A DNA stretch of 64,000 nt from Bugula neritina (lineage: Eukaryota; Animalia; Bryozoa): positions 7,016,729-7,080,728 of the forward strand of contig OZ037770.1 in assembly GCA_964035545.1 (NCBI GenBank), in the 5' to 3' direction. The notes beneath the pieces were generated by a model. That model was not told the DNA's origin, searched no databases, and saw only the letters and a program-made list of their open reading frames with translations. The translations under genes and the position numbers were made by a program. Below, piece by piece: positions 1 through 13,000 of the stretch (the first letter of the stretch is position 1; every line of letters starts with the position of its first letter).

Positions 1-3000
1 TATTCCAATGTGTTCCAGTGTGTTTCAGTATGTTACAGTGCATTTCAGTATGTTGCAGTGTGTTGCAGTATATTTCAGTATGTTGCAGTGTGTTGCAGTA
101 AATTTCAATGTGTTGCAGGGTAATTCAATATGTTACAGTGTATTTCAGTATCTTGAAGTATGTTGCAGTGTATTTCAGTATGTTGCAGTATATTTCAGTG
201 TGTTACAGTATATTTCAGTGTGTCACAGTATATTTCAGTATGTTACAGTACATTTCAGTATATTACACTATATTTTAGTGAGTTGCAGTGTATTTCAGTG
301 TGCTAAAGCAAGTTTTCAGTATGTTACAGTGTATTTCAGTATGTTGCAGTATGTTGCAGCATATTTCAGTGTGTTGCAGTATATTTCAATGTGTTGAAGG
401 GTATTTCGATATGTTACAGTGAACTTCAGTATGTTGCAGTATATTTCGGTGTGTTGCAGCATATTTCAGGGTGTTGCAGTATATTTCAATGTGTTGCAGG
501 GTATTTCAATATGTTACAGTGTATTTCAATATTTTACAGTGTTTTTCAGTATGTTGCAGTATGTTACAGTACATTTTCGCATATTACACTTTACTTCAGC
601 GAGTTGTGGTGTCTCTTAGTACGCTACAGCGTAATTCAGTATGTTGCAGTATTTTTCAATGTGTTACAGTATATTTCAGTGTATTACCGTAATTTGAGGT
701 ATTTTGCAGTATTTTCCAATGTGTTGCAATATGTTTCAGTATGTTACAGTGCATTTCAGTATGTTGCAGTATGTTGCAGTATATTTCAGTATGTTGCAGG
801 GTATTTCGATATGTTACAGTGTATTTCAGTATGTTGCAGTATGTTGCAGTATATTTCAGTATGTTGCAGTGTGTTTCGGGATGTTGCTTATGTTTCAGTA
901 TGTTACAGTATGTTTTAGTATTTTGCAGTATATTTCACTGTGTTACAGTGTGTTTCAATATTTTACAGTGTTTTTCAGTAGGTTGCAGTATGTTGCAGTA
1001 TGTTGCAGTATACTTCAGTATGTTGCAGTATATTTCGGTGTGTTGCAGCATATTTCAGTGTGTTGCAGTATATTTCAATGTGTTGCAGTATATTTCAGTA
1101 TATTACCGTATCTTTAGTTATTCTGCAGTATATTCCAATGTGTCCCAGTGTGTTTCAGTATGTTACAGTGCATTTAAGTATATTGCAGTATATTGCATTA
1201 TATTTCAATATGTTGCAGTATATTTTAATAAGTCGAAGTATATTTCAGAATGTTGCCGATTGTTTCAGTGTGTTGCAGTATATTTCACTGTGTTACAGTG
1301 TATTTCAAAATGTTACAGTGCATTTAAGTATATTGCAGTATGTTGCAGTATATTTCAGTATGTTGCAGGATATTTCAGTGTGTTGCAGTATATTTCAATG
1401 TGTTGCAGGGTAATTCAGTATGTTACAGTGTATTTCAGTATGTTGCGTTATCTTGCAGTATATTTTAGTATATTGCGGTATATTTTAGTATGTTGCTTAT
1501 GTTTTAGTATATTACAGTATGTTTTAGCGTTTTGCAGTATATTTCACTGTGTTACAGTGTATTTCAATATTTTACAGTGTTTTTCAGTGTATTTCAGTAT
1601 GTTGCAGTTTCTTGCGTTATATTTCAATATGTTGCAGTATATTTCATGGCGTTGCAGGGTATTTCAATATGTTACAGTGTATTTCATTCTTTTACAGTGT
1701 TTTTCAGTATGTTGCAGTATTTTGCAGCGTATTTCAGTATGTTGTAGTGTATTTCAGGATGTTGCAGTATCTTGAATTGTATTTCAATATGTTGCAGTAT
1801 ATTTCAATGTGTTGCAGTATATTTCAGTATATTACCGTATATTTAGGTATTTTGCAGTATATTCCAATGTGTTCCAGTGTGTTTCAGTATGTTACAGTGC
1901 ATTTCAGTATGTTGCAGTATGTTGCAGTATATTTCGGTATGTTGCAGGATATTACAGTGTGTTGCAGTAGATTTCAATGTGTTGCAGGGTAATTCAAAAT
2001 GTTACAGTGTATTTCAGTATCTTACAGTATGTGGCAGTGTATTTCAGTATGTTGCAGTGTTTTTCAGTATGTTGCAGTATATTCCAGGATGTTTCAGTAT
2101 GTTGCAGTATATTTCAGTATGTTGCTTATGTTTCAGTATGTTACAGTATGTTTTAGTATTTTTCAGTATATTTCACTGTCTCACAGTGTATTTCAAAATG
2201 TTACAGTGTAATTTAGTATGTTGCAGTATGTTGCAGTATATTTCAGTCTGTTGCAGTATAATTCAGTGTGTTGCGGTATGTTTCAATGTGTAGCAAGGTG
2301 TTTCAATATGTACAGTGCATTTCAAGTTTTTACAGTGTTTTTAGTAGGTTGCAGTATGTTGCAGTATATCACAGTGTATTTCAGTATGTTGCAGTTTCTT
2401 GCGTCATATTTCAATATGTTGCAGTATATTTCAATGTGTTGCAGGGTATTTCAATATGTTACAGTGCATTTCATTCTTTTACAGTGTTTTTCAGTAGGTT
2501 GCAGTCTTCTGCAGTATGTCACAGTGTATTTCAGTATGTTACAGTGTATTTCATTATGTTGCAGTATGTTACAGTACATTTTCGTATATTACACTATACT
2601 TCAGCGAGTTGTGGTGTTTCTCGGTATGCTACAGCGTAATTCAGTATGTTGCAGTAATTTTCAATGTGGTACAGTATTTTTCAGTATAAAACCGTATATT
2701 TAGGTATTTCGCAGGATAATCCAATGTGTTGCTGTGTGTTTCAGTATGTTACAGTGCATTCAAGTATGTTTCAGTATGTTGCAGTACATTTCAGTATGTT
2801 GCAGTGTACTTATGTGTGTTGCAGTATATCCCTGTGTGTTGCAGGTTATTTCATTGTGTTGCAGGGTATTTCGATATGTTACAGTGTATTTCAGTATGTT
2901 GCAGTATGTTGCAGTGTATTTCAGTATGTTGCGGTATCTTGCAGTTTATTTCAGTATATTGCAGTGTATTTTGGTATGTTGCTTATGTTTCAGTATCTTA

Positions 3001-5420
3001 CAGTATGTTTTAATATTTTGCAGTATATTTCACTGTGTTAAAGTGTATTAACATTTTTTAGAGTGCTTTTCAGTAGGTTGCAGTATGTTGCAGTGTATTT
3101 CAGTATGCAACAGTGTGTTTCAGTATGATGCAGTATCTTGAATTATGTTTCAATATGTTGCAGTATATTTCAATTTGTTGCAGTATATTTCAGTATATTA
3201 CTGTATACTTTGGTATTTTGCAGTATATTCCAATGTGTTCCAGTGTGTTTCAGTATGTTACAGTGCATTTCAGTATGTTGCAGTGTGTTGCAGTATATTT
3301 CAGTATGTTGCAGTGTGTTGCAGTAAATTTCAATGTGTTGCAGGGTAATTCAATATGTTACAGTGTATTTCAGTATCTTGAAGTATGTTGCAGTGTATTT
3401 CAGTATGTTGCAGTATATTTCAGTGTGTTACAGTATATTTCAGTGTGTCACAGTATATTTCAGTATGTTACAGTACATTTCAGTATATTACACTATATTT
3501 CAGTGAGTTGCAGTGTATTTCAGTGTGCTAAAGCAAGTTTTCAGTATGTTACAGTGTATTTCAGTATGTTGCAGTATGTTGCAGCATATTTCAGTGTGTT
3601 GCAGTATATTTCAATGTGTTGAAGGGTATTTCGATATGTTACAGTGAACTTCAGTATGTTGCAGTATATTTCGGTGTGTTGCAGCATATTTCAGGGTGTT
3701 GCAGTATATTTCAATGTGTTGCAGGGTATTTCAATATGTTACAGTGTATTTCAATATTTTACAGTGTTTTTCAGTATGTTGCAGTATGTTACAGTACATT
3801 TTCGCATATTACACTTTACTTCAGCGAGTTGTGGTGTCTCTTAGTACGCTACAGCGTAATTCAGTATGTTGCAGTATTTTTCAATGTGTTACAGTATATT
3901 TCAGTGTATTACCGTAATTTGAGGTATTTTGCAGTATTTTCCAATGTGTTGCAATATGTTTCAGTATGTTACAGTGCATTTCAGTATTTTGCAGTATGTT
4001 GCAGTATATTTCAGTATGTTGCAGGGTATTTCGATATGTTACATTGTATTTCAGTATGTTGCAGTATGTTGCAGTATATTTCAGTATGTTGCAGTGTGTT
4101 TCGGGATGTTGCTTATGTTTCAGTATGTTACAGTATGTTTTAGTATTTTGCAGTATATTTCACTGTGTTAGAGTGTGTTTCAATATTTTACAGTGTTTTT
4201 CAGTAGGTTGCAGTATGTTGCAGTATGTTGCAGTATACTTCAGTATGTTGCAGTATATTTCGGTGTGTTGCAGCATATTTCAGTGTGTTGCAGTATATTT
4301 CAATGTGTTGCAGTATATTTCAGTATATTACCGTATCTTTAGTTATTCTGCAGTATATTCCAATGTGTCCCAGTGTGTTTCAGTATGTTACAGTGCATTT
4401 AAGTATATTGCAGTATATTGCATTATATTTCAATATGTTGCAGTATATTTTAATAAGTCGAAGTATATTTCAGAATGTTGCCGATTGTTTCAGTGTGTTG
4501 CAGTATATTTCACTGTGTTACAGTGTATTTCAAAATGTTACAGTGCATTTAAGTATATTGCAGTATGTTGCAGTATATTTCAGTATGTTGCAGGATATTT
4601 CAGTGTGTTGCAGTATATTTCAATGTGTTGCAGGGTAATTCAGTATGTTACAGTGTATTTCAGTATGTTGCGTTATCTTGCAGTATATTTTAGTATATTG
4701 CGGTATATTTTAGTATGTTGCTTATGTTTTAGTATATTACAGTATGTTTTAGCGTTTTGCAGTATATTTCACTGTGTTACAGTGTATTTCAATATTTTAC
4801 AGTGTTTTTCAGTGTATTTCAGTATGTTGCAGTTTCTTGCGTTATATTTCAATATGTTGCAGTATATTTCATGGCGTTGCAGGGTATTTCAATATGTTAC
4901 AGTGTATTTCATTCTTTTACAGTGTTTTTCAGTATGTTGCAGTATTTTGCAGCGTATTTCAGTATGTTGTAGTGTATTTCAGGATGTTGCAGTATCTTGA
5001 ATTGTATTTCAATATGTTGCAGTATATTTCAATGTGTTGCAGTATATTTCAGTATATTACCGTATATTTAGGTATTTTGCAGTATATTCCAATGTGTTCC
5101 AGTGTGTTTCAGTATGTTACAGTGCATTTCAGTATGTTGCAGTATGTTGCAGTATATTTCGGTATGTTGCAGGATATTACAGTGTGTTGCAGTAGATTTC
5201 AATGTGTTGCAGGGTAATTCAAAATGTTACAGTGTATTTCAGTATCTTACAGTATGTGGCAGTGTATTTCAGTATGTTGCAGTGTTTTTCAGTATGTTGC
5301 AGTATATTCCAGGATGTTTCAGTATGTTGCAGTATATTTCAGTATGTTGCTTATGTTTCAGTATGTTACAGTATGTTTTAGTATTTTTCAGTATATTTCA
5401 CTGTCTCACAGTGTATTTCA
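1..5420 (+). repeat. Higher-order repeat, period 3225 bp (1-2195 repeated at 3226-5420)
   Basis: TATTCCAATGTGTTCC at 1 and 3226. ORF pairs are offset by 3225 (391/3616, 741/3966, 1549/4774). Collinearity breaks at 2195/5420. Confidence 0.93.
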
Positions 5421-8400
5421 TTCTTTTACAGTGTTTTTCAGTAGGTTGCAGTCTTCTGCAGTATGTCACAGTGTATTTCAGTATGTTACAGTGTATTTCA
5501 TTATGTTGCAGTATGTTGCAGTATATTTCGGTATGTAGCTTATGTTTCGGTATGTTACAGTATGTTTCAGTATTTTGCCGTATATTTCACTGTGTTACAC
5601 TGTATTTCTATATTTTACAGTGTTTTTCAGTAGGTTGCAGTATGTCGCAGTGTATTTCAGTATGCCACAGTGTATTTCAGTATGTTGTAGTGTCTTGAAT
5701 TAAATTTCAATATGTTGCAGCATATTTCAATGTGTTGCAGTATATTCCAGTATATTACCGTATCTTTAGTTATTCTGCAGTATATTCCAATGTGTCCCAG
5801 TGTGTTTCAGTATGTTACAGTGCATTTAAGTATATTGCAGTATATTGCATTATATTTCAATATGTTGCAGTATATTTTAATAAGTCGAAGTATATTTCAG
5901 AATGTTGCCGATTGTTTCAGTGTGTTGCAGTATATTTCACTGTGTTACAGTGTATTTCAAAATGTTACAGTGCATTTAAGTACATTGCAGTATGTTGCAG
6001 TATATTTCAGTATGTTGCAGGATATTTCAGTGTGTTGCAGTATATTTAAATGTGTTGCAGGGTAATTCAGTATGTTACAGTGTATTTCAGTATCTTGCAG
6101 TATGTTGCAGTGTATTTCAGTATGTTACAGTGTATTTCAGTATGTTGCGTTATCTTGCAGTATATTTTAGTATATTGCGGTATATTTTAGTATGTTGCTT
6201 ATGTTTTAGTATATTACAGTATGTTTTAGTGTTTTGCAGTATATTTCACTGTGTTACAGTGTATTTCAATATTTCACAGTGTTTTTCAGTGTATTTCAGT
6301 ATGTTGCAGTATATTTCAATGCGTTGCAGGGTATTTCAATATGTTACAGTGTATTTCATTCTTTTACAGTGTTTTTCAGTATGTTGCAGTTTTTTGCAGC
6401 GTATTTCAGTACGTTGTAGTGTATTTCAGGATGTTGCAGTAACTTGAATTGTATTTCAATATGTTGCAGTATTTTTCAATGTGTTACAGTATATTTCAGT
6501 ATATTACCGTAATTTGAGGTATTTTTCAGTATTTTCCAATGTGTTGCAATGTGTTTCAGTATGTTACAGTGCATTTCAGTATGTTGCAGTATGTTGCAGT
6601 ATATTTCAGTATGTTGCAGGGTATTTCGATATGTTACAGTGTATTTCAGTATGTTGCAGTATGTTGCAGTGTATTTCAGTATATTGCAGTGTATTTCAGT
6701 ATGTTTCAGGATATTTCAGTGTGTTGCAGTATATTTCAATGTGTTGCAGGGTAATTCAGTATGTTACAGTGTATTTCAGTATGTTGCAGTATGTTGCAGT
6801 GTATTTCAGTATGTTACAGTGTATTTCAGTATGTTGCAGTATCTTGAATTGTATTTCAATATGTTGCAGTATATTTCAATGTGTTGCAGTATATTTCAGT
6901 ATATTACCGTATATTTAGGTATTTTGCAGTATATTCCAATGTGTTCCAGTGTGTTTCAGTATGTTACAGTGCATTTCAGTATGTTGCAGTATGTTGCAGT
7001 ATATTTCGGTATGTTGCAGGATTTTACAGTGTGTTGCAGTAGATTTCAATGTGTTGCAGGGTAATTCAATATGTTACAGTGTATTTCAGTATCTTACAGT
7101 ATGTGGCAGTGTATTTCAGTATGTTGCAGTGTTTTTCAGTATGTTGCAGTATCTTCCAGGATATTTCAGTATGTTGCAGTATATTTCAGTATGTTGCTTA
7201 TGTTTCAGTATGTTACAGTATGTTTTAGTAATTTTCAGTATATTTCACTGTCTCACAGTGTATTTCAAAATGTTACAGTGTAATTTAGTATGTTGCAGTA
7301 TGTTGCAGTATATTTCAGTCTGTTGCAGTATAATTCAGTGTGTTGCGGTATGTTTCAATGTGTAGCAAGGTGTTTCAATATGTACAGTGCATTTCAAGTT
7401 TTTACAGTGTTTTTTAGTAGGTTGCAGTATGTTGCAGTATATCACAGTGTATTTCAGTATGTTGCAGTTTCTTGCGTCATTTTTCAATATGTTGCAGTAT
7501 ATTTCAATGTGTTGCAGGTTATTTCAATATGTTACAGTGTATTTCATTCTTTTACAGTGTTTTTCAGTAGGTTGCAGTCTTCTGCAGTATGTCACAGTGT
7601 ATTTCAGTATGTTACAGTGTATTTCATTATGTTGCAGTATGTTACAGTACATTTTCGTATATTACACTATACTTCAGCGAGTTGTGGTGTTTCTCGGTAT
7701 GCTACAGCGTAATTCAGTATGTTGCAGTAATTTTCAATGTGGTACAGTATTTTTTAGTATAAAACCGTATATTTAGGTATTTCGCAGGATAATCCAATGT
7801 GTTGCTGTGTGTTTCAGTATGTTACAGTGTATTCAAGTATTTTTCAGTATGTTGCAGTACATTTCAGTATGTTGCAGTGTACTTATGTGTGTTGCAGTAT
7901 ATCCCTGTGTGTTGCAGGTTATTTCATTGTGTTGCAGGGTATTTCGATATGTTACAGTGTATTTCAGTATGTTGCAGTATGTTGCAGTGTATTTCAGTAT
8001 GTTGCAGTATCTTGCAGTATATTTCAGTATATTGCAGTGTATTTTGGTATGTTGCTTATGTTTCAGTATCTTACAGTATGTTTTAATATTTTGCAGTATA
8101 TTTCACTGAGTTAAAATGTATTAACATTTTTTAGAGTGCTTTTCAGTAGGTTGCAGTATGTTGCGGTGTATTTCAGTATGCAACAGTGTGTTTCAGTATG
8201 ATGCAGTATCTTGAATTATGTTTCAATATGTTGCAGTATATTTCAATTTGTTGCAGTATATTTCAGTATATTACTGTATATTTAGGTATTTTGCAGTATA
8301 TTCCAATGTGTTCCAGTGTGTTTCAGTATGTTACAGTGCATTTCAGTATGTTGCAGTGTGTTGCAGTATATTTCAGTATGTTGCAGGATATTTCAGTGTG

Positions 8401-9117
8401 TTGCAGTAAATTTCAATGTGTTGCAGGGTAATTCAATATGTTACAGTGTATTTCAGTATCTTGAATTATGTTGCAGTGTATTTCAGTATGTTGCAGTATA
8501 TTTCAGTGTGTTACAGTATATTTCAGTGTGTCACAGTATATTTCAGTATGTTACAGTACATTTCAGTATATTACACTATATCTCAGTGAGTTGCAGTGTA
8601 TTTCAGTGTGCTAAAGCAAGTTTTCAGTATGTTACAGTGTATTTCAGTATGTTGCAGTATGTTGCAGCATATTTCAGTGTGTTGCAATATATTTCAATGT
8701 GTTGAAGGGTATTTCGATATGTTACAGTGAACTTCAGTATGTTGCAGTATATTTCGGTGTGTTGCAGCATATTTCAGGGTGTTGCAGTATATTTCAATGT
8801 GTTGCAGGGTATTTCAATATGTTACAGTGTATTTCAATATTTTACAGTGTTTTTCAGTATGTTGCAGTATGTTACAGTACATTTTCGCATATTACACTTT
8901 ACTTCAGCGAGTTGTGGTGTCTCTTAGTACGCTACAGCGTAATTCAGTATGTTGCAGTGTTTTTCAATGTGTTACAGTATATTTCAGTATATTACCGTAA
9001 TTTGAGGTATTTTGCAGTATTTTCCAATGTGTTGCAATGTGTTTCAGTATGTTACAGTGCATTTCAGTATGTTGCAGTATGTTGCAGTATATTTCAGTAT
9101 GTTGCAGGGTATTTAGA

Positions 9118-12100
9118 TATGTTACAGTGTATTTCAGTATGTTGCAGTATGTTGCAGTGTATTTCAGTATGTTGCAGTGTATTTCAGTATGTTGCAGTAT
9201 CTTGTAGTATATTTCAGTATGTTGCAGCGTGTTTCGGGATGTTGCTTATGTTTCAGTATGTTACAGTATGTTTTAGTATTTTGCAGTATATTTCACTGTG
9301 TTACAGTGTGTTTCAATATTTTACAGTGTTTTTCAGTAGGTTGCAGTATGTTGCAGTATGTTGCAGTATACTTCAGTATGTTGCAGTATATTTCGGTGTG
9401 TTGCAGCATATTTCAGTGTGTTGCAGTATATTTCAATGTGTTGCAGGGTATTTCGATATGTTACAGTGAACTTCAGTATGTTGCAGTATCATTCAGTATC
9501 TTGCTTATTTTTCAGTGTGTTTTAGTATGTTTAAGTATTTTGCAGTATATTTCACTGTGTTAAAGTATATTTCGATATTTTACAGTGTTTTTCAGTAGGT
9601 TGCAGTATGTTGCAGTGTATTTCAGTATGCAACAGTGTATTTCAGTATGATGCAGTATCTTAAATTATGTTTCAATATGTTGCAATATATTTCAATGTGT
9701 TGCAGTATATTTCAGTATATTACCGTATATTGAGGTATTTTGCAGTATTTTCCAATGTGTTGCAATGTGTTTCAGTATGTTGCAGTGCATTTCAGTATTT
9801 TGCAGTATGTTGCAGTATATTTCAGTATGTTGCAGTATATTTCAGTGTGTTGCAGTATATTTCAATGTGTTGCAAAGTGTTTCAATATGTACAGTGTATT
9901 TTAAGTTTTTACAGTGTTTTTTAGTAGGTTGCAGTATGTTGCAGTATGTAGCAGTGTTTTTCAGTATGTCACAGTGTATATCAGTATGTTGCAGTTTCTT
10001 GCGTTATATTACAATATGTTGCAGTATATTTCAATGTGTTGCAGGGTATTTCAGTATGTTGCAGAAGTTTTCAATGTGTTACTGTATATTTCAGTAGTTT
10101 ACCATATATTTCGGTATCTTGCAGTATATTTCAGTATGTTGCAGTATATTTCGGTATGTTGCTTATGTTTCAGTATGTTACAGTATGTTTTAGTATTTTG
10201 CAGTATATTTCACTGTGTTACACTGTATTTCTATATTTTATAGTGTTTTTCAGTAGGTTGCAGTATGTTGCAGTATGTTGCTGTGTATTTCATTATGTCA
10301 CGGTGTATTTTAGTATGTTGCAGTATCTTGCATTATATTTCAATGTGTTGCAGTATATTTTAATGTGTCGAAGTATATTTCATTATGCTGCCGATTGTTT
10401 CAGTGTGTTGCAGTATATTTCACTGTGTTACAGTGTGATTCAATATGTTGCAGTATATTTCAGTATGTTGCATATGATTCAGTATGTTACAGCATGTTTT
10501 AGTATTTTGCAGTATATTTCACTCTGTTACAGTGTATTTCAATATTTTACAGTGTTTTTCAGTAGGTTGCAGTATGTTGCAGTGTATTTCAGTATGCCAC
10601 AGTGTATTTCAGTATGTTGCAGTGTCTTGAATTAAATTTCAATATGTTGCAGTATATTTCAATGTGTTGCAGTATATTTCAGTATATTACCGTATCTTTA
10701 GTTATTCTGCAGTATATTCCAATGTGTCCCAGTGTGTTTCAGTATGTTACAGTGCATTTAAGTATATTGCAGTATGTTGCAGTATATTTCGGTATGTTGC
10801 AGGATATTTCAGTGTGTTGCAGTATATTTCAATGTGTTGCAGGGTAATTCAGTATGTTACAGTGTATTTCAGTATGTTGCAGTATGTTGCAGTTTATTTC
10901 AGTATGTTGCAGTGTATTTCAGTATGTTGCAGTATCTTGTAGTATATTTCAGTATGTTGCAGTGTGTTTCGGGATGTTGCTTATGTTTCAGTATGTTACA
11001 GTATGTTTTAGTATTTTGCAGTATATTTCACTGTGTTACAGTGTGTTTCAATATTTTACAGTGTTTTTCAGTAGGTTGCAGTATGTTGCAGTATGTTGCA
11101 GTATACTTCAGTATGTTGCAGTATATTTCGGTGTGTTGCAGCATATTTCAGTGTGTTGCAGTATATTTCAATGTGTTGCAGGGTATTTCGATATGTTACA
11201 GTGAACTTCAGTATGTTGCAGTATCATTCAGTATCTTGCTTATTTTTCAGTGTGTTTTAGTATGTTTAAGTATTTTGCAGTATATTTCACTGTGTTAAAG
11301 TATATTTCGATATTTTACAGTGTTTTTCAGTAGGTTGCAGTATGTTGCAGTGTATTTCAGTATGCAACAGTGTATTTCAGTATGATGCAGTATCTTAATT
11401 TATGTTTCAATATGTTGCAATATATTTCAATGTGTTGCAGTATATTTCAGTATATTACCGTATATTGAGGTATTTTGCAGTATTTTCCAATGTGTTGCAA
11501 TGTGTTTCAGTATGTTGCAGTGCATTTCAGTATGTTGCAGTATGTTGCAGTATATTTCAGTATGTTGCAGTATATTTCAGTGTGTTGCAGTATATTTCAA
11601 TGTGTTGCAAAGTGTTTCAATATGTACAGTGTATTTTAAGTTTTTACAGTGTTTTTTAGTAGGTTGCAGTATGTTGCAGTATGTAGCAGTGTTTTTCAGT
11701 ATGTCACAGTGTATATCAGTATGTTGCAGTTTCTTGCGTTATATTACAATATGTTGCAGTATATTTCAATGTGTTGCAGGGTATTTCAGTATGTTCCAGA
11801 AGTTTTCAATGTGTTACTGTATATTTCAGTAGTTTACCATATATTTCGGTATCTTGCAGTATATTTCAGTATGTTGCAGTATATTTCGGTATGTTGCTTA
11901 TGTTTCAGTATGTTACAGTATGTTTTAGTATTTTGCAGTATATTTCACTGTGTTACACTGTATTTCTATATTTTATAGTGTTTTTCAGTAGGTTGCAGTA
12001 TGTTGCAGTATGTTGCTGTGTATTTCATTATGTCACGGTGTATTTTAGTATGTTGCAGTATCTTGCAATATATTTCAATGTGTTGCAGTATATTTTACTG

Positions 12101-12610
12101 TGTCGAAGTATATTTCAGTGTGTTGCCGATTGTTTGAGTGTGTTGCAGTATATTTCACTGTGTTACAGTGTAATTCAATATGTTGCAGTATATTTCAGTA
12201 TGTTGCATATGATTCAGTATGTTACAGTATGTTTTAGTATTTTGCAGTATATTTCACTCTGTTACAGTGTATTTCAATATTTTACAGTGTTTTTCAGTAG
12301 GTTGCAGTATGTTGCAGTGTATTTCAGTATGCCACAGTGTATTTCAGTATGTTGCAGTGTCTTGAATTAAATTTCAATATGTTGCAGTATATTTCAATGT
12401 GTTGCAGTATATTTCAGTATATTACCGTATCTTTAGTTATTCTGCAGTATATTCCAATGTGTCCCAGTGTGTTTCAGTATGTTACAGTGCATTTAAGTAT
12501 ATTGCAGTATGTTGCAGCATATTTTGGTATGTTGCAGGATATTTCAGTGTGTTGCAGTATATTTTAATGTGTTGCAGGGTAATTCAGTATGTTACAGTGT
12601 ATTTCAGTAT
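9118..12610 (+). repeat. Tandem duplication, period 1735 bp, nested in the 8325-bp unit (seen again at about 17443-20935)
   Basis: ORF pairs 9667/11402, 9765/11500, 10036/11771 and 10602/12337, with more substitutions than the 8325-bp pair. Confidence 0.9.
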
Positions 12611-13000
12611 CTTGCAGTATGTTGCAGTGTATTTCAGTATGTTACAGTGTATTTCAGTATGTTGCAGTATCTTGCAGTATATTTTAGTATATTGCGGTAT
12701 ATTTTAGTATGTTGCTTATGTTTTAGTATATTACAGTATGTTTTAGTGTTTTGCAGTATATTTCACTGTGTTACAGTGTATTTCAATATTTTACAGTGTT
12801 TTTCAGTGTATTTCAGTATGTTGCAGTTTCTTGCGTTATATTTCAATATGTTGCAGTATATTTCAATGCGTTGCAGGGTATTTCAATATGTTACAGTGTA
12901 TTTCATTCTTTTACAGTGTTTTTCAGTATGTTGCAGTATTCTGCAGCGTATTTCAGTATGTTGTAGTGTATTTCAGGATGTTGCAGTATCTTGAATTGTA

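Noticed and set aside
567-636. Canonical CENP-B box within the CpG-bearing block
   Set aside because: Only TTCG matches; the downstream A..CGGG core of the 17-bp motif is absent.
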